This document shows positions 49,891 to 58,430 of a stretch of DNA of 64,000 nt, piece by piece (position 1 is the stretch's first letter; each line of letters begins with the position of its first letter). The stretch lies in the NCBI GenBank assembly GCA_037305845.1, contig CP147778.1:832001-896000 (forward strand), given 5' to 3'. The stretch is from Candidatus Freyarchaeum deiterrae (GTDB lineage Archaea > Asgardarchaeota > Jordiarchaeia > Jordiarchaeales > Jordiarchaeaceae). The position numbers were made by a program, and so were the translations under genes. Under the pieces are notes generated by a model, which was not told the DNA's origin, did no database searches, and saw only the letters and a program-made list of their open reading frames with translations.

Positions 49891-51321
49891 ATGGATCAAA
49901 AGGAAATTTATGAAACCCTAGCGTCTATAGTTGGAGAAGACGATGTAACCATAGACCCAGTGGAACTCCTAGCATACGCTTCGGACGCCTCATTCCTAAG
50001 AGTCATACCGGGAGCTGTCGTAAGACCCGAAAACAAGGAAGAAGTGGCTGAAATCCTCAAATTCGCTGACAAAAACAGAATACCAGTAACTCCTAGAGGA
50101 GCTGGAACCAGTTACGCCGGGCAATCCCTAGGATACAATAACGCGATCCTAATAGATTTTGTGAAAATGGACAAAATTTTGGAAATCAACCTAAAGGACA
50201 GAGTCGCAGTAGTCCAACCCGGTGTAATTTATGGAGAATTAAACAAGGAGCTTAAAAAGCATGGTTACTGCTTCCCCCCAGACCCCGGCTCCGCAATCGC
50301 CTGCACAGTAGGAGGAATGGTGGGAAACAACGCCAGCGGAGTCAGAGCGTTAAAATACGGGGCGACAGTAGACCATGTACTCGGTTTAGAGGTTGTGCTA
50401 CCCGGAGGCAAAATTATAAGAACAGGTGGGAGAGTTTGGAAGAGTTCCTCGGGTTACAATTTGACCAAGCTACTTGTCGGCTCAGAGGGAACACTAGGGG
50501 TATTCACGGAGATTATTTTGAAGATTACTCCAGCACCAAAATATACAGCTATGATAGTACCGGTTTTTGAAAAGTATGATCAGGGATTAGAATCATCCAC
50601 TGAAATCATAAAAACTGGAATCTTACCCTCAGCTATGGAGATTCTGGACGACATATGTATTATGGTTCTGAACTCGTCTCTCAAAGAGAAACTTCCACAA
50701 GCGGGAGCGGTACTATTCATTGAAGTCGATGGAAGCAACGAAGAAGTGGTAAAGGAACAGACTGAAATAGTTAGGAGTGTTTGTGAAAAAATAGGAGTGA
50801 AACAGATAATATACTCCACGGATCCCGAAAGAACAGAGGAGCTTTGGAGACTCAGACACTCACTAGCAAACCTGTTGGCGAAAGTAAGGGGAGAGAACAT
50901 TGCTATAAACAGTATCATGGACTTTGCGATACCCATTTCTCAAGTGCCGGAAGCCGTGAAAGAAATTAAAGCATTAGCAACAAAGTACGGGAGACTCATG
51001 GCTACCTTCGGACACATAGGGGATGGTAACATCCATAACGGGAGTGCTATCAACGTGGAGGATCCTGCGCAGAGGGAGATGGCTGTGAAATTTTCAAAGG
51101 AAGCGGCAGAGATTATCATAAAGAAGTATGGCGGTACCCTTTCCGCGGAGCATGGTGTTGGTATGGCGAAATCGGCGTTTATCAATATGGAGCACGAGGA
51201 CACGCTTCCCCTGATGCGGGGAATCAAGAAGGTGTTTGACCCTCACAACATCATGAACCCTATGGTAATGGGTCTCACCGAGATTCCCGAATCAGAATAC
51301 GTGTACATGCCTACGAGGTGA
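49891..51321 (+). CDS. FAD-linked oxidase, GlcD/D-lactate dehydrogenase-like
   Basis: PRGAGTS, PPDPGS, GSEGTLG, GHIGDGNIH, AEHGVG, DPHNIMNP. Confidence 0.9.
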   Translation: MDQKEIYETLASIVGEDDVTIDPVELLAYASDASFLRVIPGAVVRPENKEEVAEILKFADKNRIPVTPRGAGTSYAGQSLGYNNAILIDFVKMDKILEINLKDRVAVVQPGVIYGELNKELKKHGYCFPPDPGSAIACTVGGMVGNNASGVRALKYGATVDHVLGLEVVLPGGKIIRTGGRVWKSSSGYNLTKLLVGSEGTLGVFTEIILKITPAPKYTAMIVPVFEKYDQGLESSTEIIKTGILPSAMEILDDICIMVLNSSLKEKLPQAGAVLFIEVDGSNEEVVKEQTEIVRSVCEKIGVKQIIYSTDPERTEELWRLRHSLANLLAKVRGENIAINSIMDFAIPISQVPEAVKEIKALATKYGRLMATFGHIGDGNIHNGSAINVEDPAQREMAVKFSKEAAEIIIKKYGGTLSAEHGVGMAKSAFINMEHEDTLPLMRGIKKVFDPHNIMNPMVMGLTEIPESEYVYMPTR

Positions 51322-51326
51322 AATAA

Positions 51327-52514
51327 ATGGAAGTTAGCGACGACGAGAAGAAGAAAACCATGGAAGAATATGAGAAGCTGAAGGCGGCTGAGAAAAAGAC
51401 TCTGAATGATTATCGAACGCAGCTTGCTATGTGTAATATCTGTGCCTTCTGCAGAATTCGGTGCCCTGTTTATCAACAGGTTAAATGGGAGTCTGTAACG
51501 CCGAGAGGAAAGATGCAGATACTCAGGAATGTGGTTAAGGGATGGCTTAAGCCCTCGCCTCAAGTTGCTGAGAGGATTTTCTCGTGTACTACCTGTCAGA
51601 TTTGCAACGAGCAGTGTGATGCGGATGTTCGCCCATTTGATATACTTAAAGTTGCGAGAAGGGAACTTACTGGGCAGGAATTGGGTCCGCTTTCCGCGGA
51701 GAAAAAAATGGATAATAGGATAGTGGAGTATAAGAATCCTTACAAAGAGCCTCAGGAGAGTCGCTTCAACTGGCTGGAAGTTGAGGTACCGAAGACCTCG
51801 GACACCCTGCTTTACTTCGGCTGTGTGACCGCCTACAGATATGGAGAAACGGGGAAAGCTATTGTAGAGCTGCTCAAAAAGGCTGACTACGACTTCACAA
51901 TAACTCCCGATGAGGGCTGCTGCGGTATGCACCCGTACTGGGATGGTGAAATAAAACTAACCGCTGACATAGCCCGGGAGAACGTTGAGATATTCAAAAA
52001 GACCGGTGCGAAAACAATTGTGACTGCGTGTGCGGGATGCTATTCAACATTCAAGAACGCTTATCCAGCACTCGTGGAAAACTTCGACTTCAAAGTAGTA
52101 CACTTCTCAGAACTACTTTGGGAGCTGATAAAAGGGGGTAAGCTCAAACTTAAGAAAACAACTCCAATGAAAGTGACTTACCATGATCCCTGCCACTTGG
52201 GAAGACATGCGGAAGTCTTTGATGCTCCCCGTGAGGTAATCAAATCCATTCCGGGAGTGGAACTAGTAGAGATGGAGCATCACGGGAGGGACTCGAACTG
52301 CTGCGGTGGCGGTGGAGGATACTTTACCGCGTTTCCTGAAAACTCGGTAGAGATTGCCGAGAAGCGTGTACGTGAAGCGGAGGAAACCGGAGCAGATGCA
52401 CTGGTTACAACCTGTCCTCTCTGTAAAACAAATCTGGACCTAGGTATTAAGAGATTGGACTCGAAACTTAAACTCTACGAACTATCGGAACTGGTATTAG
52501 AACACTTGGCTTAA
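51327..52514 (+). CDS. GlcF/HdrD-like Fe-S oxidoreductase (2x4Fe-4S plus two CCG domains)
   Basis: CNICAFCRIRCP, CTTCQIC, GCCG, YHDPCHLGR, CCGGGGG, TCPLC. Confidence 0.88.
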   Translation: MEVSDDEKKKTMEEYEKLKAAEKKTLNDYRTQLAMCNICAFCRIRCPVYQQVKWESVTPRGKMQILRNVVKGWLKPSPQVAERIFSCTTCQICNEQCDADVRPFDILKVARRELTGQELGPLSAEKKMDNRIVEYKNPYKEPQESRFNWLEVEVPKTSDTLLYFGCVTAYRYGETGKAIVELLKKADYDFTITPDEGCCGMHPYWDGEIKLTADIARENVEIFKKTGAKTIVTACAGCYSTFKNAYPALVENFDFKVVHFSELLWELIKGGKLKLKKTTPMKVTYHDPCHLGRHAEVFDAPREVIKSIPGVELVEMEHHGRDSNCCGGGGGYFTAFPENSVEIAEKRVREAEETGADALVTTCPLCKTNLDLGIKRLDSKLKLYELSELVLEHLA

Positions 52515-52886
52515 AATAAAAATTAGAACCAGTCTCTACCCATCCTTTTTTATTGACTTCTTTATCCAAAGGTTGTGGGGTTCTTTCTCTTCGCGTTTTT
52601 GTTTGACTTGGTTATTTTAACCTCAAAGTTTATAAAGTACAGCTTAACTTAAGTCTTAAAGATTGGCTCAGAGGGATAGAGGGATTTTTAGAGATATTGA
52701 AAACAAGTGGCTACACTAAACCTGTGAATTGTGATTTTGTGAGAAAAGATGAGAGATTTGGTTTCCTGTTTCCGTGGATTGCTTATAGTAATAGGGAAAC
52801 AGGGTTTCCGAAATGCGAAGCCTTGCCCTTTACAGAACGGGAATGGAGTAAAGTCAACGGTATAATCCCGTTTGGTGGGGATAATT

Positions 52887-54278
52887 ATGGGAAGTATTGG
52901 AACAAAAAGCGGAGCATTAAAAATAGCGGTATTAGTGACAATTCTCCTAACTGCGTCTACAGTAACAGCTGCCTTGATAATCCAAAGCCAGAATCAGAAC
53001 TCGAATCAGACTATTAACCAGGCCTTCGAACTAAACTTGTATTTCTCACTATTTAGTGCCCCTTTCGGAGTTGAACGGGCTTTCCCGAATCTGCTCTTTG
53101 ACCATCCAGTGGGACTCTATAGCGCGGGAGATGGATCGAATCGTCTCTTCGTGATTGAACAGCCGGGTGTAATTAAGGTATTTAATAATTCTGTGAACAC
53201 GACTACAGCTGAAGTCTTCCTCGATATTCGTGACCAAGTAGTATACGGTGGTGAGCAGGGCTTACTAGGCTTGGCGTTTCACCCAAACTTTACCACTAAT
53301 CATTATTTCTACGTCGATTACACAGCTAAAAATGACGGACGAACCGTGATTGCAAGATACACAGTTAACCAAACTAATCCAGACCAAGCCAACAGGAGCA
53401 GTGAACAAATCATATTAGAGGTGCCACAGCCTTTCGCGAACCACAACGGCGGACAGTTGGCCTTCGGACCTAGTGATGGTTACCTTTACATCGCTCTCGG
53501 GGACGGCGGTTCAGAAGGTGACCCTCAGGGTAACGGCCAGAACCTATCTACACTATTAGGCAAAATTCTACGCATAGATATCAATACGGCTACACCGCCC
53601 CTAAACTATAGCATTCCACCGGATAACCCCTTCGCTAGCAATACTCAAAATATTAGGGAGGAAATCTACGCGTACGGTTTTCGCAACCCGTGGCGATTCA
53701 GTTTCGATAATGTTACTGGCCAGCAGCTATGGGCAGGAGATGTAGGTCAAAATTCTTGGGAAGAAATAGACATTATTCAGAGTGGCAGGAACTACGGCTG
53801 GAACATCATGGAAGGCAATCATATCTTCATTCTTCCGCCGGGTTTCAACACAGGCACGCTTACGCCCCCAATCTGGGAGTACAGTCATTTGGTAGGTGAT
53901 GCTATAATGGGCGGATTCGTTTACCGAGGCTCAGAACTCCCTGAATTGAATGGATCCTACATCTACGGAGATTTTGGGAGTGGCAGGATTTGGGCACTGA
54001 ACTACGATGGCGTGAACCCTACAAATAATACACTGCTTGCTCATAGCAATCTCCCGATCACCGCGTTCGGGGTCGACGAAAACAATGAACTTTATATAGT
54101 CGACTATGGGGGCGGAATCTATCAGTTAAATTCTTCGACATCACCTAAAGAAATAGTTTCCACAATGCTTCTTTCGACGCTTAATCCTATTCAGCAAAAC
54201 CTTCAAGTCAGTCAAACTTATCTAGTACCTGCCTTACCAACTATCGTCGCTCAATCGGTTAAAGACTTTAGTAAATAA
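52887..54278 (+). CDS. Exported PQQ-dependent sugar dehydrogenase (GSDH family)
   Basis: EQGLLGLAFHP, NHNGGQLAFGP, GDGG, GKILRID, YGFRNPWR, DVGQ..WEEID, NYGW. Confidence 0.9.
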   Translation: MGSIGTKSGALKIAVLVTILLTASTVTAALIIQSQNQNSNQTINQAFELNLYFSLFSAPFGVERAFPNLLFDHPVGLYSAGDGSNRLFVIEQPGVIKVFNNSVNTTTAEVFLDIRDQVVYGGEQGLLGLAFHPNFTTNHYFYVDYTAKNDGRTVIARYTVNQTNPDQANRSSEQIILEVPQPFANHNGGQLAFGPSDGYLYIALGDGGSEGDPQGNGQNLSTLLGKILRIDINTATPPLNYSIPPDNPFASNTQNIREEIYAYGFRNPWRFSFDNVTGQQLWAGDVGQNSWEEIDIIQSGRNYGWNIMEGNHIFILPPGFNTGTLTPPIWEYSHLVGDAIMGGFVYRGSELPELNGSYIYGDFGSGRIWALNYDGVNPTNNTLLAHSNLPITAFGVDENNELYIVDYGGGIYQLNSSTSPKEIVSTMLLSTLNPIQQNLQVSQTYLVPALPTIVAQSVKDFSK

Positions 54279-54492
54279 CCAAGCGGAATCTTTCCTCTTT
54301 TTTCTATTTTTTAATTTATTTTTTTGTTTCTTGTTTAATAACGAGTATCTCAGAAAGGAAATAGTTAGTAAATCGATGACTGTTTTTTAGTTTAAATACC
54401 CGACTTCCCCAAGTTACCAAAATAGATTATCAAATCAGCGTAGAGTGACCAAAAGCGCTGAGGATAGTGACTCAAAAAGCCTCGATAAGGTT

Positions 54493-54831
54493 TCATGCCT
54501 TTTTCAATTGGTCTTCATAACCATATTTTTCGAAAAATTTCTTGATTTTATTCAACAGGGAATTTTCTGCTCCCATATCAAACTGAAGCATTCCCCTTCC
54601 TCCACCTGCAACAATTATTTTTATATTGCATACGTCAACGCTTTCTAAATCGAATAACAGGGTCACCGCCAGATTAGAATTGGTTCTAAAAAAATCGTAT
54701 TTATCTAAGACTAAAATTTTAAGATTTCCTGATTTTGAATCATATTCAAATGGAGGATGGAACTTCTCCTTGAAAGTGTTAATCGCAATAGTGGCATTCT
54801 CCCTCTTGATGGACATTGTGTCAATTTTCAT
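54493..54831 (-). CDS. Small hypothetical protein (DUF6054-like), paralog of 56731-57060
   Basis: ILVLDKY.FFRTNSNLAVTLLF, IIVAGGGRG...GAE. Confidence 0.65.
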   Translation of the reverse strand: MKIDTMSIKRENATIAINTFKEKFHPPFEYDSKSGNLKILVLDKYDFFRTNSNLAVTLLFDLESVDVCNIKIIVAGGGRGMLQFDMGAENSLLNKIKKFFEKYGYEDQLKKA

Positions 54832-54860
54832 AACTTCAATATTTCTAATGGTCTTTTTTA
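54788..54860 (-). repeat. Left arm of ~75-bp inverted repeat flanking the AbiE pair
   Basis: Reverse complement is nearly identical to 56618-56692. Confidence 0.75.
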
Positions 54861-54865
54861 AAGAC

Positions 54866-55795
54866 TTATACTAATTCCTCTGTAACCCTTTTCAAGAACA
54901 CGCTGAAGTCTCTGAGGAACTTGTAGAATTCCTTTTCATCTATATCTGACAGTAGCAGCTCTCGTTCTTCTCCCCAGGTAAAGGCATTTTCTGAAGTGAT
55001 TATATCTTTCTTCGCTTCCAGATTCATCCTGTACTTCTCGTAAAGGTTGAGTATAAATTTGGTCTTGTCAATTATGATTTCGTGCAGGTCTTCCAGATTG
55101 ACACCGAACTTGCTGCAGATCAGGTAAACGTCCAGAAAGTCGCGTGCTTTAATTCCCTTCCTTGTCAGAATCGCTCTTACCTTTTCGCTCAGAATCTCCC
55201 GAATATCGTAAACATCAAAGCTAATTCCATGCGCGTATTCTTTGTACTCTGGAAACAGCACGTCGAGCTCCTCCTGTTTTATCTCGCTTAGTAGGCTTTT
55301 CAGTTCTACTTTCTGAGGGGCAAAGTATAGTTCTTCAACAAAATTTATCTGGATTTTTATGAAGCTTAATCGCTCAAGTGTTTCTGATTGGTACCAGATT
55401 TTAAGCGTGCAGGTTTTGTCGCTTCCTCCAAGCTCAACATAGTTTCTGTTGTGCTTCTCGCACTTGAAGTCAAAGCCTCGCTTCAAGACTATCTCCTCTA
55501 AAACAGCACCCACCTCATCTATGACTTTTGACAGATAACTCCGAATCTCTTTCTGAGACTTGCCCTCAAAGACCTCTTGATTCTTCCATGTGAAGTCTGT
55601 GTCCTCTGAGAAGCGGAAGTAACCGAGGTAGCCTTTAATCAGGCAAGTTCCGCCTTTGAAAATGAAGTTTTCTGAAAAGAACTTGTTCAGGGAAAGGTCA
55701 AGGAGCAGCTGGTGGAGGATTAAATCCTTCTCAATCAAATCTGTTCTCTGGATTCCCTGAAGTCTGCCGACTTCGTTCACAAAATCTTTCCTCAT
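54866..55795 (-). CDS. AbiEii/AbiGii nucleotidyltransferase toxin (type IV TA)
   Basis: LIEKD, FKGGTCL, RFSEDTDF, EKVRAIL.R, ARDFLD. Confidence 0.9.
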   Translation of the reverse strand: MRKDFVNEVGRLQGIQRTDLIEKDLILHQLLLDLSLNKFFSENFIFKGGTCLIKGYLGYFRFSEDTDFTWKNQEVFEGKSQKEIRSYLSKVIDEVGAVLEEIVLKRGFDFKCEKHNRNYVELGGSDKTCTLKIWYQSETLERLSFIKIQINFVEELYFAPQKVELKSLLSEIKQEELDVLFPEYKEYAHGISFDVYDIREILSEKVRAILTRKGIKARDFLDVYLICSKFGVNLEDLHEIIIDKTKFILNLYEKYRMNLEAKKDIITSENAFTWGEERELLLSDIDEKEFYKFLRDFSVFLKRVTEELV

Positions 55796-56436
55796 TTTAC
55801 CACCTCTCTAACAATTTCCCTAACAGTCTTTGGATACTTCTCAGAATACTTCTTGATTTTTGCTCTTGAAACATTCTTCGCCCAATCTTCAACATCCAAA
55901 ATTATCTTATTTCTCGGCACTCCGTTGTACCTCCACACGTAGATGAAGTCAAGAATAGTTTTCTCAACATCAGAGTACCTCAAGCGGTCCTCCACCGTTA
56001 CACCGAATTCCAACAACTCGGGCGCAAGCTTAACGAATTTGAACTTGTAGCCCGCAATGTTCACCGGCTTAGCGCGAAAAATCCGGTCATTAACAACGTG
56101 GTCAACGGCAAAATGTTCGTGAGTCACGTTATTCAGCTTCAAGGCGGTGTATAAGCCGAAATACCAGTTCTTAACATTTTTTAGCTCCATTCCTTTAGCA
56201 ACCAGCTCCAGATGACTGTATTTGGTTTTACCCAGCTCAATCTCATCCAAAGCTTTAACATAAAAGATTCCTCGAAAAATCCGTACTAGGTAACCTCTCG
56301 AAATAAAGTGTCTAATGGCTATCTCATAGTCAAGATTCATTGAGCCGCAGTACCGCTTGAGTTCCGTAGAGGTCACAAACTCCTTTCCTTCCATGCGAAG
56401 CTTCCTGAGCAAAAGGTTCGTTTTCATACATATCAC
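55792..56436 (-). CDS. AbiEi-like antitoxin / transcriptional regulator
   Basis: N-terminal wHTH (LVRIFRGIFY), YFGLYTAL, SDVEKTILD; 4-nt overlap with the toxin; start may be ATG 56427. Confidence 0.8.
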   Translation of the reverse strand: MICMKTNLLLRKLRMEGKEFVTSTELKRYCGSMNLDYEIAIRHFISRGYLVRIFRGIFYVKALDEIELGKTKYSHLELVAKGMELKNVKNWYFGLYTALKLNNVTHEHFAVDHVVNDRIFRAKPVNIAGYKFKFVKLAPELLEFGVTVEDRLRYSDVEKTILDFIYVWRYNGVPRNKIILDVEDWAKNVSRAKIKKYSEKYPKTVREIVREVVK

Positions 56437-56457
56437 AAAGTCACAGAAATGTGATAT
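56430..56457. promoter_or_regulatory. Candidate AbiEi autoregulatory operator
   Basis: 8-bp inverted repeat atatcaca-N12-tgtgatat at the abiEi start, next to an AT-rich TATA-like tract. Confidence 0.45.
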
Positions 56458-56617
56458 TATAATATATATCAGAAAGTAATATAAATTCTTATTCCCAACC
56501 AGAAAATTCGCTTACCAGCATCCTTGGCATAGGTGTTCAATCACTCAATAGATAACGACCATCACCCAATTACCATCATCGCTAAAAAGGATAATATCAT
56601 AATAGAACACTGGGACA

Positions 56618-56692
56618 TAAAAAAGGAACCATTAGAAACGTTGAAGCTATGAAATATGACACATTGTCCATCAAGAGGGAGAATGCCGCTAT
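56618..56692 (+). repeat. Right arm of the inverted repeat
   Basis: taaaaaaggaaccattagaaacgttgaagctatgaaatatgacacattgtccatcaagagggagaatgccgctat. Confidence 0.75.
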
Positions 56693-56717
56693 AGAAACTT
56701 TTTTTAAGAACCATTAG
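56649..56717 (+). pseudogene. Truncated third copy (5' fragment) of the DUF6054-like gene
   Basis: MKYDTLSIKRENAAIETFFKNH* versus MKIDTMSIKRENATI and MKYDVLSIERKNAEI. Confidence 0.6.
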
Positions 56718-56730
56718 GAATTCAAAAATT

Positions 56731-57060
56731 ATGAAATACGATGTATTATCAATTGAGAGGAAGAATGCCGAAATTCTGATCAATGCTTTCAAGCAGAAGT
56801 TTCAACCATCATTTGAATACACTTCAAAATCAGGAAATGTTAAAATTCTGGTTTTAGAAAAATTCGGTTTAAACGGTGCTTATATGGCCGCGACCGTGTT
56901 ATTCGATTCCAAAGATAATGACTCATGCATTATAAACATAGTTGTTACTGGTGGAAAAAAGGGCAGCGGTGGGAGCTTCGGGAGCCAAGAAAAAATGTTA
57001 AATGAAATCAAGCGCTTTTTACAGAAATCTGGTTGTGAAAAATCATGGAAAGAAGTTTGA
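56731..57060 (+). CDS. Small hypothetical protein (DUF6054-like), paralog of 54493-54831
   Basis: FEYTSKSGNVKILVLEKF, IVVTGG. Confidence 0.65.
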   Translation: MKYDVLSIERKNAEILINAFKQKFQPSFEYTSKSGNVKILVLEKFGLNGAYMAATVLFDSKDNDSCIINIVVTGGKKGSGGSFGSQEKMLNEIKRFLQKSGCEKSWKEV

Positions 57061-57082
57061 AATCCGAATATTAATTAAAAAT

Positions 57083-57376
57083 TCAGCCTCCGGCAATAGC
57101 CGTAGTCAAATCTACTCTAGAGTTCTCTCTTAGCACGACCTTGTCATAACCACCCAGAGCCATAGGGTCCTCGCCGTCAACAACAACCAAAACCAAGGGT
57201 TTGAGTTCTTTCTCCTTCTTATCCCACAACTTATCGTACAAGTCATCCCTCTTATGCTTCTCAACAATCAGATTCATCAAATCTATGAACACAGAACCCT
57301 CCGGCAAAACATACTCCTCCGTAGAAGTTCCAGCGAACTCCTTAATCACACCATAGTACTTGACAAAAACTCTCAT
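57083..57376 (-). CDS. MoaD/ThiS (SAMP-like) ubiquitin-fold protein
   Basis: MRVFVKYYG...C-terminal IAGG; near AOR. Confidence 0.85.
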   Translation of the reverse strand: MRVFVKYYGVIKEFAGTSTEEYVLPEGSVFIDLMNLIVEKHKRDDLYDKLWDKKEKELKPLVLVVVDGEDPMALGGYDKVVLRENSRVDLTTAIAGG

Positions 57377-57492
57377 TCTGCATCGCTGCCTCCTTAAAAT
57401 CTTTAACAAACCTCAAGACTGGCATAAATTTGATACTGTATGTATTGACAATTCATCAAGATAACTTCATAGTACCAAATGCTACTCGTTTT

Positions 57493-58233
57493 TTATATGA
57501 CCTTCAAAGAAGCAATATAATAATATCCCGCTGGTGCATTATTCTGTGCCGTTTCATCGCTTATGAATTCAATGTTTTTACCAAAATGTTTTGCAGCTAT
57601 CCACAAGTGGCAAAGAGCTATACCAATACTAATCGCGTTCATTTTTTTAAGCATAATTGACTTAACACAATATGCATGAAGTAAGTCTCTACTACCCGTA
57701 AAAAACCAAGGCTGACTGTTCGTTCCGGATGGGGCAAGGCGAGCAGGTTCCAACAACTCATCCATACCATTAATGTTACTTATCTGTCCAAGAGGTTTTC
57801 TCTTAAATTCCGAAACACGCTCTCTATGCAATGGTTCTTTAGGCTTCCCAAAAGCTAATACAATGACAAATTCAAGCTTTGAATTGCTCAATATTTCTTT
57901 GGTCGGTTTTTGCAGTCCTCGCCAACAGGCACCGATACCGTTAGCTGAAAGGAACAAATCAATCTGCTGCAGCATAAAGCCTACATTTTCCAAATAACCG
58001 TCTTTAGTTTCGGAAAATGCAACAATATAATGGGGTGCTGGTGATCCCAACAAACCTTTAACATCTTTTTGTGATACAATTTTCATTTCGGTTTTGATGT
58101 TACCATACATCGGGCTTAAGGTGCTCATATAAGTTGAAATCTCCGCCAGAGTATCCTCATCAAGCGGAGTCAAATCATATTTTCTGATCGATTTGCGCTT
58201 AAATATTGTTTCGTAAAGGTCTGTACTTTCCAT
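57493..58233 (-). CDS. Nitroreductase family protein (two-domain)
   Basis: IFKRKSIRKY, ENVGFMLQQ, ARLAPSGTNSQPW, GIALCH; strong AGGAGGAGG RBS. Confidence 0.88.
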   Translation of the reverse strand: MESTDLYETIFKRKSIRKYDLTPLDEDTLAEISTYMSTLSPMYGNIKTEMKIVSQKDVKGLLGSPAPHYIVAFSETKDGYLENVGFMLQQIDLFLSANGIGACWRGLQKPTKEILSNSKLEFVIVLAFGKPKEPLHRERVSEFKRKPLGQISNINGMDELLEPARLAPSGTNSQPWFFTGSRDLLHAYCVKSIMLKKMNAISIGIALCHLWIAAKHFGKNIEFISDETAQNNAPAGYYYIASLKVI

Positions 58234-58430
58234 TGTTTTACCTCCTCCTTAGATATTATTATCTTTAGGCAATTATTAGAGCAGAATTTAATCGTTCATT
58301 TTTTCTTAATAAGACTTTTCCTTATATGTTTCTGTCGGTGAATGGTTATTCTCTAAACAAACAAAACCAGCAAAAAACAATAAAAAAATAAACGAAATAA
58401 AAGAAAAAAGAGAGGGTTTTCAGTTTAAAC

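Noticed and set aside
52697-53017. 106-aa ORF overlapping the PQQ dehydrogenase start
   Set aside because: Overlaps a better-supported gene in another frame and has no motif.
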